From contig JAHLTZ010000007.1 of NCBI GenBank assembly GCA_025786725.1, positions 372,001-436,000 of the forward strand: a stretch of DNA of 64,000 nt, in the 5' to 3' direction. The notes under the pieces are model-generated. The model did no database searches. It was not told the origin of the DNA and saw only the letters and a program-made list of their open reading frames with translations. The first letter of the stretch is position 1, and each line of letters opens with the position of its first letter. The position numbers and the translations under genes are program-made. This DNA comes from Syncephalis fuscata S228 (lineage: Eukaryota; Fungi; Zoopagomycota). Below are positions 1 through 12,587 of this stretch, piece by piece.

Positions 1-60
1 TAATAATTATATTTTATGACACACTTTTAAAAAGCTGTACAGTATGAATATTATTTATAT

Positions 61-583
61 ATAATTAAATAGTGATCCACCAAGAGAGAAAGAAGGATGG
101 CGTCCAGCAAGATTACAAACAGCTGACAAAATGCCACTTATTGTATTCGGCGATGCAGTGTTTGACAAGCAGAACAATGTATACAAGGGCCATCGATCTG
201 CTGTTGTCAACAAGTGCTGGCAAATGTTGAAACAATGAGAGCGTCGTGGAGATCTTGTTGCCATTAAAATTAATGAATATCTTTCTTCTCAGGTAAGTAT
301 TTAATGTAATCATTATTTTATTTAACAATGTAACAATTTAATAGATTTGGCATGTCTGTAAGGAAAAAAGTCTAATAGAAAAGATTGTTGTAAATGGTCA
401 TACCCACCACACCACCTTAGTTTACCAAAGCTGCCAGGTAGTGTGGAATCGGGATGTCATGGCAAGCAAAAATCTTTTTATATCATCGAATCAATCTGGG
501 ATGGAAATGGCAGACCAGCTGAGTTTGCCAGACCATCTCAGGGCAGTACAATTATCGCAGAGAACGCGGGTTCGTCTCAATGA
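61..583 (+). pseudogene. Fanzor (TnpB-like) C-terminal remnant with an intron
   Basis: Translates PLIVFGDAVF...RRGDLVAIKINEYLSSQ / intron ~293-344 / IWHVCKEK...VYQSCQVVWNRDVMASKN: RuvC-II Glu, decayed zinc finger and RuvC-III RD..A..N motif. In-frame TGA near 237 and loss of two Zn-finger Cys. Confidence 0.8.
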
Positions 584-700
584 GACTTTTTAGATATTGA
601 AAGTAAGTTTTATTAAAATGTTTAAAATAGCAACTACTAATACAATGTTCTATTACATTTAATTGTATTTTATGCAAATGATAATGTTATTACATTATAC

Positions 701-790
701 TAATGTTTATTGTGAATGATGATATTACATTAATGTTTATTATGAATGATGATATTACATTAATATTTATTGTAAATGATCATTTAAACA
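701..790. repeat. 30-bp tandem repeat (~2.7 copies) in the downstream region of the Fanzor remnant
   Basis: taatgtttattrtgaatgatgatattacat at 701 and 731, partial at 761. A single related copy lies at ~15745-15790. Confidence 0.8.
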
Positions 791-1008
791 CAAATTAATT
801 AATCAAATCACTACAATTGATTGCGTAAAATGATTTGCTGCTTTGAGAATTAGTGTAAATAGCCTAGTAGAAATGATTGTTTGATTATTTGCCGACAACA
901 CCCGACTCGTAGTTCATCCTTTTTATTCTTTTGTTGATCTTTAAATTGACTAGCTGTCTTGCTGGTACCACTGCTACTACTACTGCTGTCGTCGTTGTTA
1001 CCGCCACT

Positions 1009-1312
1009 ATGGTTCTTCCACGGGTATTCTCTACTTTCAACGTCGCCGGATTCTCATCGGCTCGCACTCCTCAGTGGTAAGATGACTACAAGTACTTGGA
1101 TTCAATAGAATAACCGCGTTTCTTTTACTTTTACATTATTGCATCTTATATCATTTATATAATATAGGTTCCCAGTACTTGCTCGCTATGGTATAGCAGC
1201 CGGTGTTGGCTTGACCTTCTTCATTACTGACGTGCCTATTGTACGTCGCGATGTCTTTGCTCATCTTCCCGTCGTACGTGATATTTATCCTGTGCCCAAG
1301 GAAGAAGAGTAA
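1009..1312 (+). CDS. QCR10: Cytochrome b-c1 complex subunit 10
   Basis: Two exons (1009-1076, 1168-1312) give MVLPRVFSTFNVAGFSSARTPQWFPVLARYGIAAGVGLTFFITDVPIVRRDVFAHLPVVRDIYPVPKEEE*. Size, single TM helix and the F..DVP..RRD....LP pattern match fungal Qcr10. Not in the ORF track. Confidence 0.8.
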
Positions 1313-1451
1313 TATAGATAGCCGATACTCATCTCGTTATCAATAAACTCTGACGCTATTCCAGATGAACATAAACTAATTAATAATACAGTATAATACA
1401 ATACAATACAATATACACATATAGTAGATAATCATTGCTTTATTGCTGCAA

Positions 1452-3145
1452 CTACCACGCATCTTCTCCTACTTCAATGTGGATGCCAGCTCGACGCAAA
1501 CGATCCACCAATGGTGTGCCAAATGCAGAGGCTGGTGTCAATACACCGCCATTATGGCCTGGTAGTTTATGACGATTCTCTATCATGGCCAGTGCAGCCT
1601 CAGAGATCATTTTAACTGATCCGTTAAAGCGTGGATCAATTCGATCCGATAAAATAGCCTTGACGGTCTTGGGAATCTTCTCCTTATCACTGCTCTATAT
1701 GAACTGTATTAGTATTATTTATAGCGCTACTATAGAGTGTACCTACTCTTTCATAGGCTACACGGCCTACAAACTTCATGGTCCAGCTGCCGCCTTCAAG
1801 TTTCTTTGGTGCAGGTTGACCGGCCCATCGTGGCCAGACCAATCGCATAAACCAGCGGAAGGGTGGAAATAGAAGGCACGAGCTGAATCCTACTTCGGTG
1901 GCCGTGTAATAAAAGGCCGTAAAACGATTGGAGTAGGTGCGAGTTTCACTAATGTAATAAAAGTTAAAATGGTTTTTGCGTGGTGGTGCTTTGGTAATAA
2001 TATGTCCATCATACTTACGTATAAGTGAATTTCTCACCGTATTTGTATTCTTTTATTTGATTACTACGCCGGACAATTTGCTCGTTATTCGAAGAGCCGA
2101 GATAATAGCCTTGGGCTCCTTCAAAGTCGTTGTCATAGTAGATAGGCAAGAAGAAGTCGCGTATATTGGCTGGGCGTGGACCTGTAGTGTGGACGTCAAT
2201 AGCTGTACTACTTATAATAGTGGCAACTTACCATGACCGGTGGATAAATAGTATGGATCAAGCATTTGGCGAAGTGTAGCAAAGAATGACTTGGCAGCAT
2301 GTAGAATTGAATAGACTGAACCGCGCGATAATAACTCTTTTTTAGTAAATACCGTTCCCTTGATACGTTTTGTTTCTCGATGATACTTGTGACGTATATG
2401 TTTGGTAAGTCTATCGTTACAAGAATAAGCGCTACAGACAGGGTATATGGCTATGACTTACAAATAGGCACCCAGGTCGGCTGGCATCGAATAGAAACCG
2501 CAAGCTGGTACGATCATTGTATTGTTTTCGCGAGCTTTTGCATGGAATGCATCAATAATTTTACGTGTAAATACATTCTCGCTTGATAGATCGACATAAT
2601 CGGTCTTTTCGTTAACACATGCCTTGACCATATCAATGCCCAGTTGGCCATAAGGACCAGTGGCATTGATAATAAGGCGAGTCTTTCCAGCAAGTGTGCT
2701 TAGAGTGTTAAAGTGACGAGTATCGGCCACAATAACACCAATGGCCTATTATACTCAGTGATTAGTATCCATGTGTTTAAAATGCATGTCTATTACCTTA
2801 AATAGAGGCTCAATTGCCAAGATTTCGTCGCGTATACGAACTAGTTTGTCGGAATTACGACCGGCAATAGCCCATCTAATTGCCTATGCAAGTTAATAAA
2901 TAGTGCAATATTATAGCTGTTGACTTACCTTTGGCGCATTGTTTGCCAAATAAATACAAATCATATGACCCATATAGCCCGAGGCACCAAATACTAATAG
3001 AAGTATAAGTACAGTGTAGTGTATTGCTGGTAAGCCTACCTATAAGATCGAATTCACGGTCATCATGATTACGGCGCGCAATAGCGTCGTCAACATCGTT
3101 GACAATCGAGGAGAAAAGAGAGCGTTCACCGCTATCGTTGGTCAT
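1452..3145 (-). CDS. Saccharopine dehydrogenase-like oxidoreductase (SCCPDH family), multi-exon
   Basis: REFDLI..FGASGYMG, WAIAGRN, LIINATGPYG, DYVDLSSE, IVPACGFYSMPADLG, C-terminal GGVLTPASAFGTPLVDRLRRAGI. Some internal frameshifts. Confidence 0.85.
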
Positions 3146-3919
3146 GGTTACTGGTTGCTGCCTACAATCAAGAGTAAAATAAAGGAAAGTGAGAAATGGA
3201 TAGACACAATGGCGGCGATGACGATACAATAATAGCGCTTTAATTTATTGCCATAAATGTTTACGTCATTCTATGTAGTTATGATTGGCTCGAATTTGCT
3301 TGTACATAAATATATATATATACGTTTGTTCGTTTATATACTTATAAAGTATCTAATTATAAATAAAGCTTTATTGCCATGTAATAATTTTGTTATAAAG
3401 CTATTTAATTTTGAAATATACTTGTTTAAAGTGCCATTTGCTTCGATAAGTAAACAAAAGCTATTTATTATAACAAAGTTTTAACTAATTTAAGCGGAGC
3501 TAATAATTGGTTTAGCTTTGTAACATATTTTGCAATTCAGCGAATGGGATGCTATTCAAGTAATCATCGGCAATAAAGATCCCTTTTTTCGCTCTAAACT
3601 AATTATCGGGAATGGAAAAATGGAATTAAAAATAATGGGTCCATGTAGCCAAAGGCCAATGGACCCACGATGCAACGAACTAGGTTGTTAAACGGATATA
3701 GCGGTATAAAAATGCCGAAACAGGTTATAGTTAGTAGCTCAAATAAATAAATAAGTAAAGTTCTTATTGGAATGGCTGTAATTTAAATGTATAAATACAG
3801 CTTCATTAAAATAAATTGGGAATATTGAATTATTCTCACCACTTCTAATCAGTACCTGATCTTGCTTTTACTGTTTTATCAAGATTATTTGTCCAACTGA
3901 TAGTATTATCAAGTCAGCT

Positions 3920-5431
3920 ATGAGTTCTTCATCAGCACCAGTTGTCGATCCTGCTCCCGAGGAGTTCAACCACTGTTTTGCAACTTTAAACGGTGTTAAA
4001 CACCGTAAGTCGACCTGATATTCAATACATGTAATTGATTCTTAGCTGCCAATAGACTACATTGATGAAGGTAGCGCCAATGCCACACCACTTATTCTAT
4101 TCCATGGCTTCCCTGATGTAAGCTCTAATAAAACCACAAATGCATTTATTAATACTATATATCAACACTAGTTATGGTACGGATGGAGACATCAAATTAA
4201 GTTTTTGAAAAGCCATGGATATCGTGTTATTGTACCGTCAGCGCGTGGTTATAACCAGACAGTAAGCTAGATAGTTGAATATACATGCGCTATTATAACA
4301 AGCAGTAGGACCCAGGCACTAAATTAGAAGATTTCAGTTTGCGCAAAGTTGGCAGCGACGGTATGGATCTGTTGACGCATCTAGGCATCCAGCGTGCTAT
4401 TGTTCTTGGACACGACTGGCAAGTGGACTAAATACCTAAAAATGAGCTTATTAACTGGTTTATAGGGGTGGTGCGGTAGCCTGGAGAGTCGTCAAACATC
4501 ATCCGGAACGTGTGATGGCTGTGGCATCTGTTTGCACGCCTTATATGCCACCGTCCTCCGAGTTTGTTGACCTTGAAGGCATTGTAAAAAAACTACCCAA
4601 TTTCCACTATCAAGTAAGTTTGGTATACTGCTATGTAAAAAGCATTACTGATGGCTTGCACTCTGCAGCTTTATTTGAATGATGAGAAATGCATTGCCGA
4701 ATTAGATGCCGAAGTAAGTGTATTTATCTATTGGTGTAACGCCTATTCACTTATACGCCCATCCATAATCTAGCCTGAGCGATTTCTCCGTACTCTCTAC
4801 CGTCGATGGAACGAGTCAGGTGGTGGCTTTAAAGCCTGGTGGGATAAAAAAGAGCTTCCTCCCGCAACACTGATGTCAGAAGAGGTAGATACTAATTATT
4901 CATGTATTTATCGATATGCACTAATAATATGTTGATAGGCACTCCAATACTATGTTGATAACTTCCGTCAGTCTGGCTTCCGTGGACCTACTTCGTGGTA
5001 CCGCACGCAAAGGATTAACTATGATGAAGACCGTGGTAAGTGTATTTTAAATTGATCTACTGGCATTTTACTCATGTTTCGTGAAGGCCTAGACTTACCT
5101 ATTGCTCATCCATCATTAATGGTAAATATAGCTGCTAAAGTGGTTGAATATTAAAAACCAATTTATTAACAAAATGATACAGTTGGTTCCTACACACGAC
5201 TTTGCACTTCCACCATCGATGTCGGCTAACATGCCTGTCCTTTTCCGTGACCTTACAATGAAGGTAAGATTGGAATATCCGTTACTATGATAGTTATTAA
5301 TAGGTGTACAGAACATCGAAAATGCTGGCCATTGGGTTCTCATGGAACAAAAGGACATAGTTAACGCCGAATTGCTTGCTTTTATCCAACGAGTAGTCAG
5401 CGAGGGAGATAGCTGGCGTTCTAGAATTTAA
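3920..5431 (+). CDS. Soluble epoxide hydrolase-like alpha/beta hydrolase, multi-exon
   Basis: HGFPD-LWYGWRHQI, nucleophile motif GHDWGG (split by a GC-AG intron at ~4419), catalytic GHW. Ends in SRI*. Confidence 0.9.
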
Positions 5432-5570
5432 TAAATAAATTATTTGCTGCACGATAACCAGTTGTAAAGGCGGCTGAGGACTATAGCTGTGTGTAACATT
5501 AGTTAAAACTCAAAGGCGTTGGTGCTGCCACATCATGACTTTTTCCGACTTATTCTTTTTAGCAAACAAC

Positions 5571-8500
5571 ATGCCGCCTACAACCGATATCAAGATATGA
5601 AGCTATTGAATGAAGCCAGCGCTAAGCTCGGCAAACTGCAAGAGTCGACTCTGGTATTCTATCTCAATGGTACACGAGTCGAGCTGCAGAGTCCAGACCC
5701 AGATATCACTTTATTGGAATATCTGCGTCATATTGGTTTGCGTGGAACTAAGCTAGGCTGTGGTGAAGGCCGCTGTGGTAAGTATTCGTGAAAGTTCAAT
5801 AAAATAGTATAGTTTATTATCATTATCGTCACCATCGTTGTATATTTAGGTGCGTGCACTGTAATGATATCGGCATATGATACCAATGTAAATACTACAA
5901 GGTTGGTAGCATCATTTAATAAATATTGTCTTTTGACACTGCGGCTAGACATATTGCTGTTAATTCCTGTTTATTACCAATTTGTGCCCTTGATGGAAAC
6001 ATGTGGTAACTGTTGAAGGTGTTGGTAGTTCCGAGCATCCCCATCCTATACAGGAACGAATGGCTCGTATGCATGCGACACAATGTGGATTCTGTACACC
6101 TGGCATGGTGCTATCGCTATATTCACTACTAAGAAATAATCCAAGTCCAAGTGAACGTGAGATTGAGGATGCATTTGATGGCAAGTGTTTTATTTGCAAG
6201 TGTTGTAAATTTTATTAGTACTGACTATAGCAAAAAGGTAATCTATGTCGTTGTACTGGATACCGTTCAATCTTGGACGCAGCCAAGACAGTAAGTGGCT
6301 TGTGTATGTATCGGTAATTTTTATTTACTCATGTAATTATAGTTTGCAGTGGTCGATAATGACGCTAAAAAGGTACAAGTATTATACCACTAGTTAGAGT
6401 ATTATTCTAAATAGCTGTTGATAGATACGTGGCTGTGGAATAGCCAATTGCTGCATGCTCCAGAATAGTGCCGATGACATTGTGGAATTAACTGGCATTG
6501 CCAAACTTGATCTGAAAGAATATAACGCCAGTCAAGAAATTATATTCCCACCGGGCCTTGTGCATCATCTAAAAGACAGCAATAATAACGGATCATTGCG
6601 TCGGTTAGAGTTTGTTGGCAAGAAAACGACATGGTATCGGCCATCATCCCTTGAAGAGTTGTTAAAGTTAAAGGTAAATGGCACAGTTAAGTTGTTAATT
6701 AATTAATTAACAAATGGCAATTATAAGACATCGCATCCTGAAGCAACACTGATTGCTGGTGGTACAAAATTGGAAGTTAAACGGCAGACTGCATTCAAAG
6801 TATACCCGATACTTATTCAAATTGATGGTATAAGCGAACTTAACCAAACTATTGACAATGGTAAATATTCATTAGTTGATTGGTTATAATAACAACAGTT
6901 TAATAATGTAATATATGATATTTAGATAATGGTGTTGAAATTGGAGCCAATAAAACACTGGCTGAGTTACAAAGCATTTTAATTAATATTAAAGCCAAGC
7001 ACTCGGTATGTAACATTTCATTAACAACACCACTACTTATATAAGGGATAATATAGCCCCAAAGCACCGAATCGTATAATGCTATTCTGGAAACATTAAA
7101 GTGGACGGCCAACAATCAAATTCGTAACGTGGGCACGATAGGTGGCAACATTGCAAACATGTCATCATCATCTAGTTTGTTACCAGTATTGGCAGCTGTT
7201 GGTGGCACAGTAACAACAATATCAGTGGATGGCAAGAAAGAAAAGGTCAATGTCATGGATATTGTTAACAGTGGCAAAGTATCGTGTTTATCAAATGACA
7301 TTATTGTATCAATTCACGTGCCATTAAGTTTGGCAGGTGAACACATACGTGTGTACCGACAAGCTCAACGAAAACAAAACTCGGGCGCAATCTTAAATGC
7401 CGTTATGGGCATGAAGGTTGATAAAGCGGATGATGGTAGTGCACGTATTTTGCAATGTACTATGATCTATGGCGACATACAATCAAAGATACTAGTTGCA
7501 AAGAATGGATCGACCGCATTGGCTAATGTTACACTTGGTAATCGAAAGTCATTTGAAAACGCCGTCAGTATATTGATGGGACAGGTAAGTGATCGTAACG
7601 TTTTATACACGGTTGCTTACACATTTACAGGATCTTAATCAATTAGAGCCTGATAATACCGATTTGTTGAAATATCAACTATCGCTGGCTAATAGTTTTG
7701 TATTTCGATTCTGGAATGATATTTGCCATCATTATGGTGTACTGCCTTTAGAAGATGAAAGCAGCGTACATGAAATTTATCGTGGTTATTCCCATGGACA
7801 GCAGCAATATGAAGATACAAGGTAAAAAAACTGATAAACGATCATAAAGTGTTGCTTACCATGCCAATAGAGAGTTTAAGAGTGTTGGCAAGCCATTTGA
7901 ACATGCCAATGCTTTAATGCACTCGACTGGTGAAGCCGTGTACATTGATGACACGCCCAGCATAAGCAACGAAGTGTTTGGTGCACCTGTTTTAACAACA
8001 GTGGCACATGGCAAAATCAAAAGGTAAGAATAACTAAATTGTTTCTATGTTTTATTAACGTGATACAGCATTGATGCATCGGAGGCTTTAGCACAACCAG
8101 GCGTTGTTGATTTCATTACAAGTAAAGATGTGCCTGGCGCCAAGGTGTGGGGTGTAATGTATCCGGAAGAAGAAATATTTGTAAGCGAGCAAGTTAATTG
8201 CATTGGCCAAATAATTGGTCTTATTATAGCTGGTGATCGTAAAGTAGCGCGCAGCGCGGCACGTCTTGTCAAGGTTGAATACGAGGAACAGCCGGCAATC
8301 ATTAGTATTGAGGTATATTATAAATGGTATGAGCTAATTGAATATTAATTAAATTTTTTAGGATGCTATTGCCAAAGAATCGTTCTTTGAACATAAACCT
8401 GAAATAGCACGAGGAGATTTGGATGCTGGATTTGCAGCGGCCGATCATATATTTGAAGGTAAATAGACACAGTAAAATACAATACATGTTAATTGAAAAC

Positions 8501-10840
8501 AACAATTAGGCGAACAATCACTTGGTGGACAGGAACATTTCTACATGGGTGTGTAAATATAATGGATCGATAATGTTTGATAATTAACTTGTCGCAGAAA
8601 CACATTCTTGTATCGCAATACCGAAGGGAGAGAATGGAGAAATGGAAATAATTGGAAGTACGCAAGGTCCAAGTGATGTCCAAAGAAATGTTAGTCAAGC
8701 ACTCAATGTGCCAAAATCACGTATTGTTGTCCGTGTAAAACGGATGGGTGGCGCATTTGGAGGAAAAGAAAGTCGTGGTATTCCTAATTGTCTAGTTACC
8801 GCCGTTGCTGCTCGCAAGTTGAAACGACCTGTTCGATTCATACTTACTCGTGAAGAGGATATGGTATTGACTGGAAAGCGGCCCAATTTCTTGTGTCGCT
8901 GGAAAGTAGGCGTAACAAAAGAAGGAAAAATTACTGCTTATCAGCTAAAGGTAAGACTGAATAGAATATTGAATAATTTATTAACATTGGTATATTATTA
9001 GATCTATGCAAATAGCGGGTGTTCTGTCGATTAGTGCTTCCAATAGTGTTTATGTTTATAACACAATGCGACAACGCTTATTACTTTCCTGCTTTTCATG
9101 CTAATGGCTTTCTTTGCAAAACAAATGTGGCAAGTAATACCGCGTAAGTAATACACGCATAGTTGCTAGCTCTTGCTAATTAAGTAGTTTTCGCGGATTC
9201 GGTGGACCTGAGGGAATGTTTACTACAGAGTCAGTAATTCACGCAATTGCTGATAGACTGGCGATGCCAGTTGAACAAATTCAGGTAAAGAATTAAAAAC
9301 AGTACAAATCGTATTATATTAATGAAATTGCTGCAGGAAATAAATTTCTACAAAGAAGGCCAGCTTACACCTTATAATCAACAAATACTTGACTGGAACG
9401 TATCGCTTATGTGGCAACGAGTAAACGACTTATTTAAGGTCGATAAGCGGCGCACTCAAATCAAGGAGTTTAACGATAAATCCCGTTGGAAGAAACGAGG
9501 AATTGCTGCAGTACCAGTCAAGTAAGTAGTGTTGACATGTCAAGTGAAGTATTTAACATCATATAGATTTGGTGTAACTATTGCTCCTATGTTTCATTGC
9601 CAAGGCAGCGCACTTATCCATATACACACAGACGGATCGGTGCTATTAACACACGGTAAATTATAAAGAACTAGCTATAAGCAATTATTAAATCTACACA
9701 TTTTATTAGGTGGAGTCGAAATGGGCCAAGGATTACATACAAAGATGATCCAAATATGTGCCGAAGGCTTAGATATTCCGACGTCATCGATTTTCATTAG
9801 CGAAACAGCTACGGATAAAATCATTAATGCTGCACCTACTGCAGGTAGTATATCAAGTGATATCCTTTGCCTAGCATTAGCAGATATATCTAGCTATCTT
9901 TAACTAATAGATACATTTGAATGGTATGGCCGTTAAAGATGCGTGTGACCAGTTGCGGGCCCGTTTACAGCCGTATCGTGAACGCCAGCCTAATGCAACG
10001 TTTGCTGAGGTTTGTAGTCATAGTTTAAATATGCAACTAATTTAACAGTTGTATGTATTAGATTGCAACAATGGCCTATTCCAAACAAGTCAACCTTAGC
10101 GCTCATGGCTTTTATAAAACGCGCGAACTCGGTTTTAATAAGGAAACTGGCTATGAGCAAAGATTCTTTTATTATACGCAGGGTGTAGGCGTTAGTGAGG
10201 TCGAAGTAGATGTACTAACTGGTGACCATGTTATTGTGCGCACGGATATTATTATGGATATTGGAGATAGTCTAAACTATGCACTCGATATTGGACAAGT
10301 GTGTTACTGATACTAACAGTAAAATAATACCTAGTACTAACTAGCGCTAAAATAGATTGAAGGCGGATTTACGCAGGGTGTTGGTAGGTAACAAGTTGTT
10401 AAATAGCAGCTATTTATTTACTTGTCTACGCGTATAGGTCTACTTACTATGGAAGAAGTTAGCTTCCGATCTGATGGCTATTTGATGACCCGTAACGCCA
10501 ATACTTACAAAGTACCAGCAGCTGGAGATATACCAAGAAATCTGCAAGTCCATATACTTAAAGATGGCGTTCACAAGCATTTGGACACAGTTTACCGAAG
10601 CAAAGGCATTGGAGAGCCACCAGTGTTTATAGGAGCTTCAGTGTTTTTTGCTATTCGAGAAGCCATTAAATCAGCCAGGTATGTGTAAAATAAATAAATA
10701 GACAAACACGTGTCGTGTTAATATACATATATATATATGTGTGCTACATTTATAGACGCGATGCTGGGCAAACAGAGCCATTTACACTAACTTCTCCAGC
10801 GACTGCGCAACGAATTCAATTGATGTGTGCTCATAAATAA
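5571..10840 (+). CDS. Xanthine oxidoreductase-family molybdoflavoenzyme (XDH/aldehyde oxidase-like), many exons
   Basis: [26 protein letters not shown] (2Fe-2S); FAD domain; [41 protein letters not shown] (Moco domain). Start is 5571 (needs a 1-nt correction) or 5597. Confidence 0.93.
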
Positions 10841-11035
10841 GATTACACATCAAAGTGAAAGGCGCGCAGCTAAATAACGAGATGTCAAATTGATGCTACT
10901 ATGCCATGGTTATTTTTGTTACATAAATAATAAATCATAATAGCCAGAATATAATTCAACTAAACGTTTATTTTAATTCTCCACTCTCTCAATGGTATTA
11001 ATGTCAATACTATGTAGCAATATAAACAATGTTAA

Positions 11036-12109
11036 CTACTCGTCGTATCCACCTCGGCGAATGCTGCCATGGACGCGTCCTTGCAAATCCATATTCTCCT
11101 TTCCGACCAACTCTTCGTGTACCTTCTCGATAGATTTAAAGTATTTGACTGTCTTGACATGCAGCTCAGCCGTAGCGTCTTCATCGCAAACAACAACGGC
11201 GCTAGGATGTGTTTGGATGGCCGACACGGTCCACATGTGATTCACGCCCTCTTCGATACATTTGGCCAAAGCAATTGACTTGTGTTGACCTGTAATGATA
11301 ACGGCCACCTCTCGTGAGTCCATAACGGTACCCACACCGACAGTCAAGGCCAGTTTGGGCACCTTGCTGATATCGCCGCCAAAGAATCGAGCATTGGCCA
11401 GAATAGTTTCATAGGCCAATGTCTTTGGGCGGGTACGGGAGCTGAGTGAGGATCCTGGCTCGTTAAACGCAATATGTCCGTCTGGTCCAATACCTATTCG
11501 TGAGGTTGAAATAATATTAGTTAAATGATCAGTTGCCAGTAGAAGGCTGGGATGTGTCTTTGGTTTTACATACCACCAAGGAATAGCTCGATGCCACCAA
11601 CTGCTTTGATTTTCTCTTCAAATTGTTGGCATTCTTGGTTAAGGTCCTTGGCATTACCGTCGAGAATATTGACCTGGGAAGGGGGGATGTCAACATGGCG
11701 GAATAGATGGTTCCACATGAACGAATGGTAACTTTCGGGATGATCTCTAGATAAATAAAAGTGTTAACGTAAGCTAGTGCAGATTAATCCATTGTTAGCA
11801 ACTTACTGAGGTAGACCCACATACTCGTCCATGTTGAAGGTAATGACGTGCTTGAAGCTTATGGTGCCTTCTCGATGATACTCCACCAGCTTACGGTAGA
11901 CGGGCATTGGCGAGGAGCCAGTGGGCAGGCCCAGGACAAAAGGCCGTTCTGCCGTTGGATTAAACTGATTAATACGATCACGAATATAGCCCGCTATAAT
12001 ATACAGTTATAACAAAAAGTTTAATTTATAATCTACAGATGGCTTATTAGTGTTAACTACCCATATAAGCGGCTACCTGGTCGGTATCATCACGAATAAT
12101 CAAACGCAT
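11036..12109 (-). CDS. NAG1: Glucosamine-6-phosphate deaminase
   Basis: [64 protein letters not shown]. Confidence 0.96.
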
Positions 12110-12587
12110 GGTGTAAGCAAAACGAGAATAAGGTCACAGCAAAGTTGCCACTATCGGGGATAAGAAGGAACCTAACGCAAAGACAGCGAGGGTGCAGGGA
12201 GATGGTTCTTATTATATAGAAGATTCGAATGCTACCACTCTGCTTCTGTGTATCAACGAATAAAAAATGACACCTGTTGTGTAGCTCGAATTGCTGTTCA
12301 GGTGACATCACACTAAGGGCGCGGCCTTTCTCATAATTAGGCTATGATAGCGATAAAGATGTACGTGGTACACATTGGCAATAGGTTTTTGTTTCAAGCG
12401 AGTTAATGATAATTTGTAGATGGCAACACAAATAGTTGCCCCATTTTAGACATATACGTACACACACAGAAAGAGAGATAATGAGATGGGAAAACAAATG
12501 GATAGATAGACAAATACGTAATCTAAATACATTGACTGATTCAATTGGACAATAAAACAAAACATAGATAAGATTTTTATTGATGAT

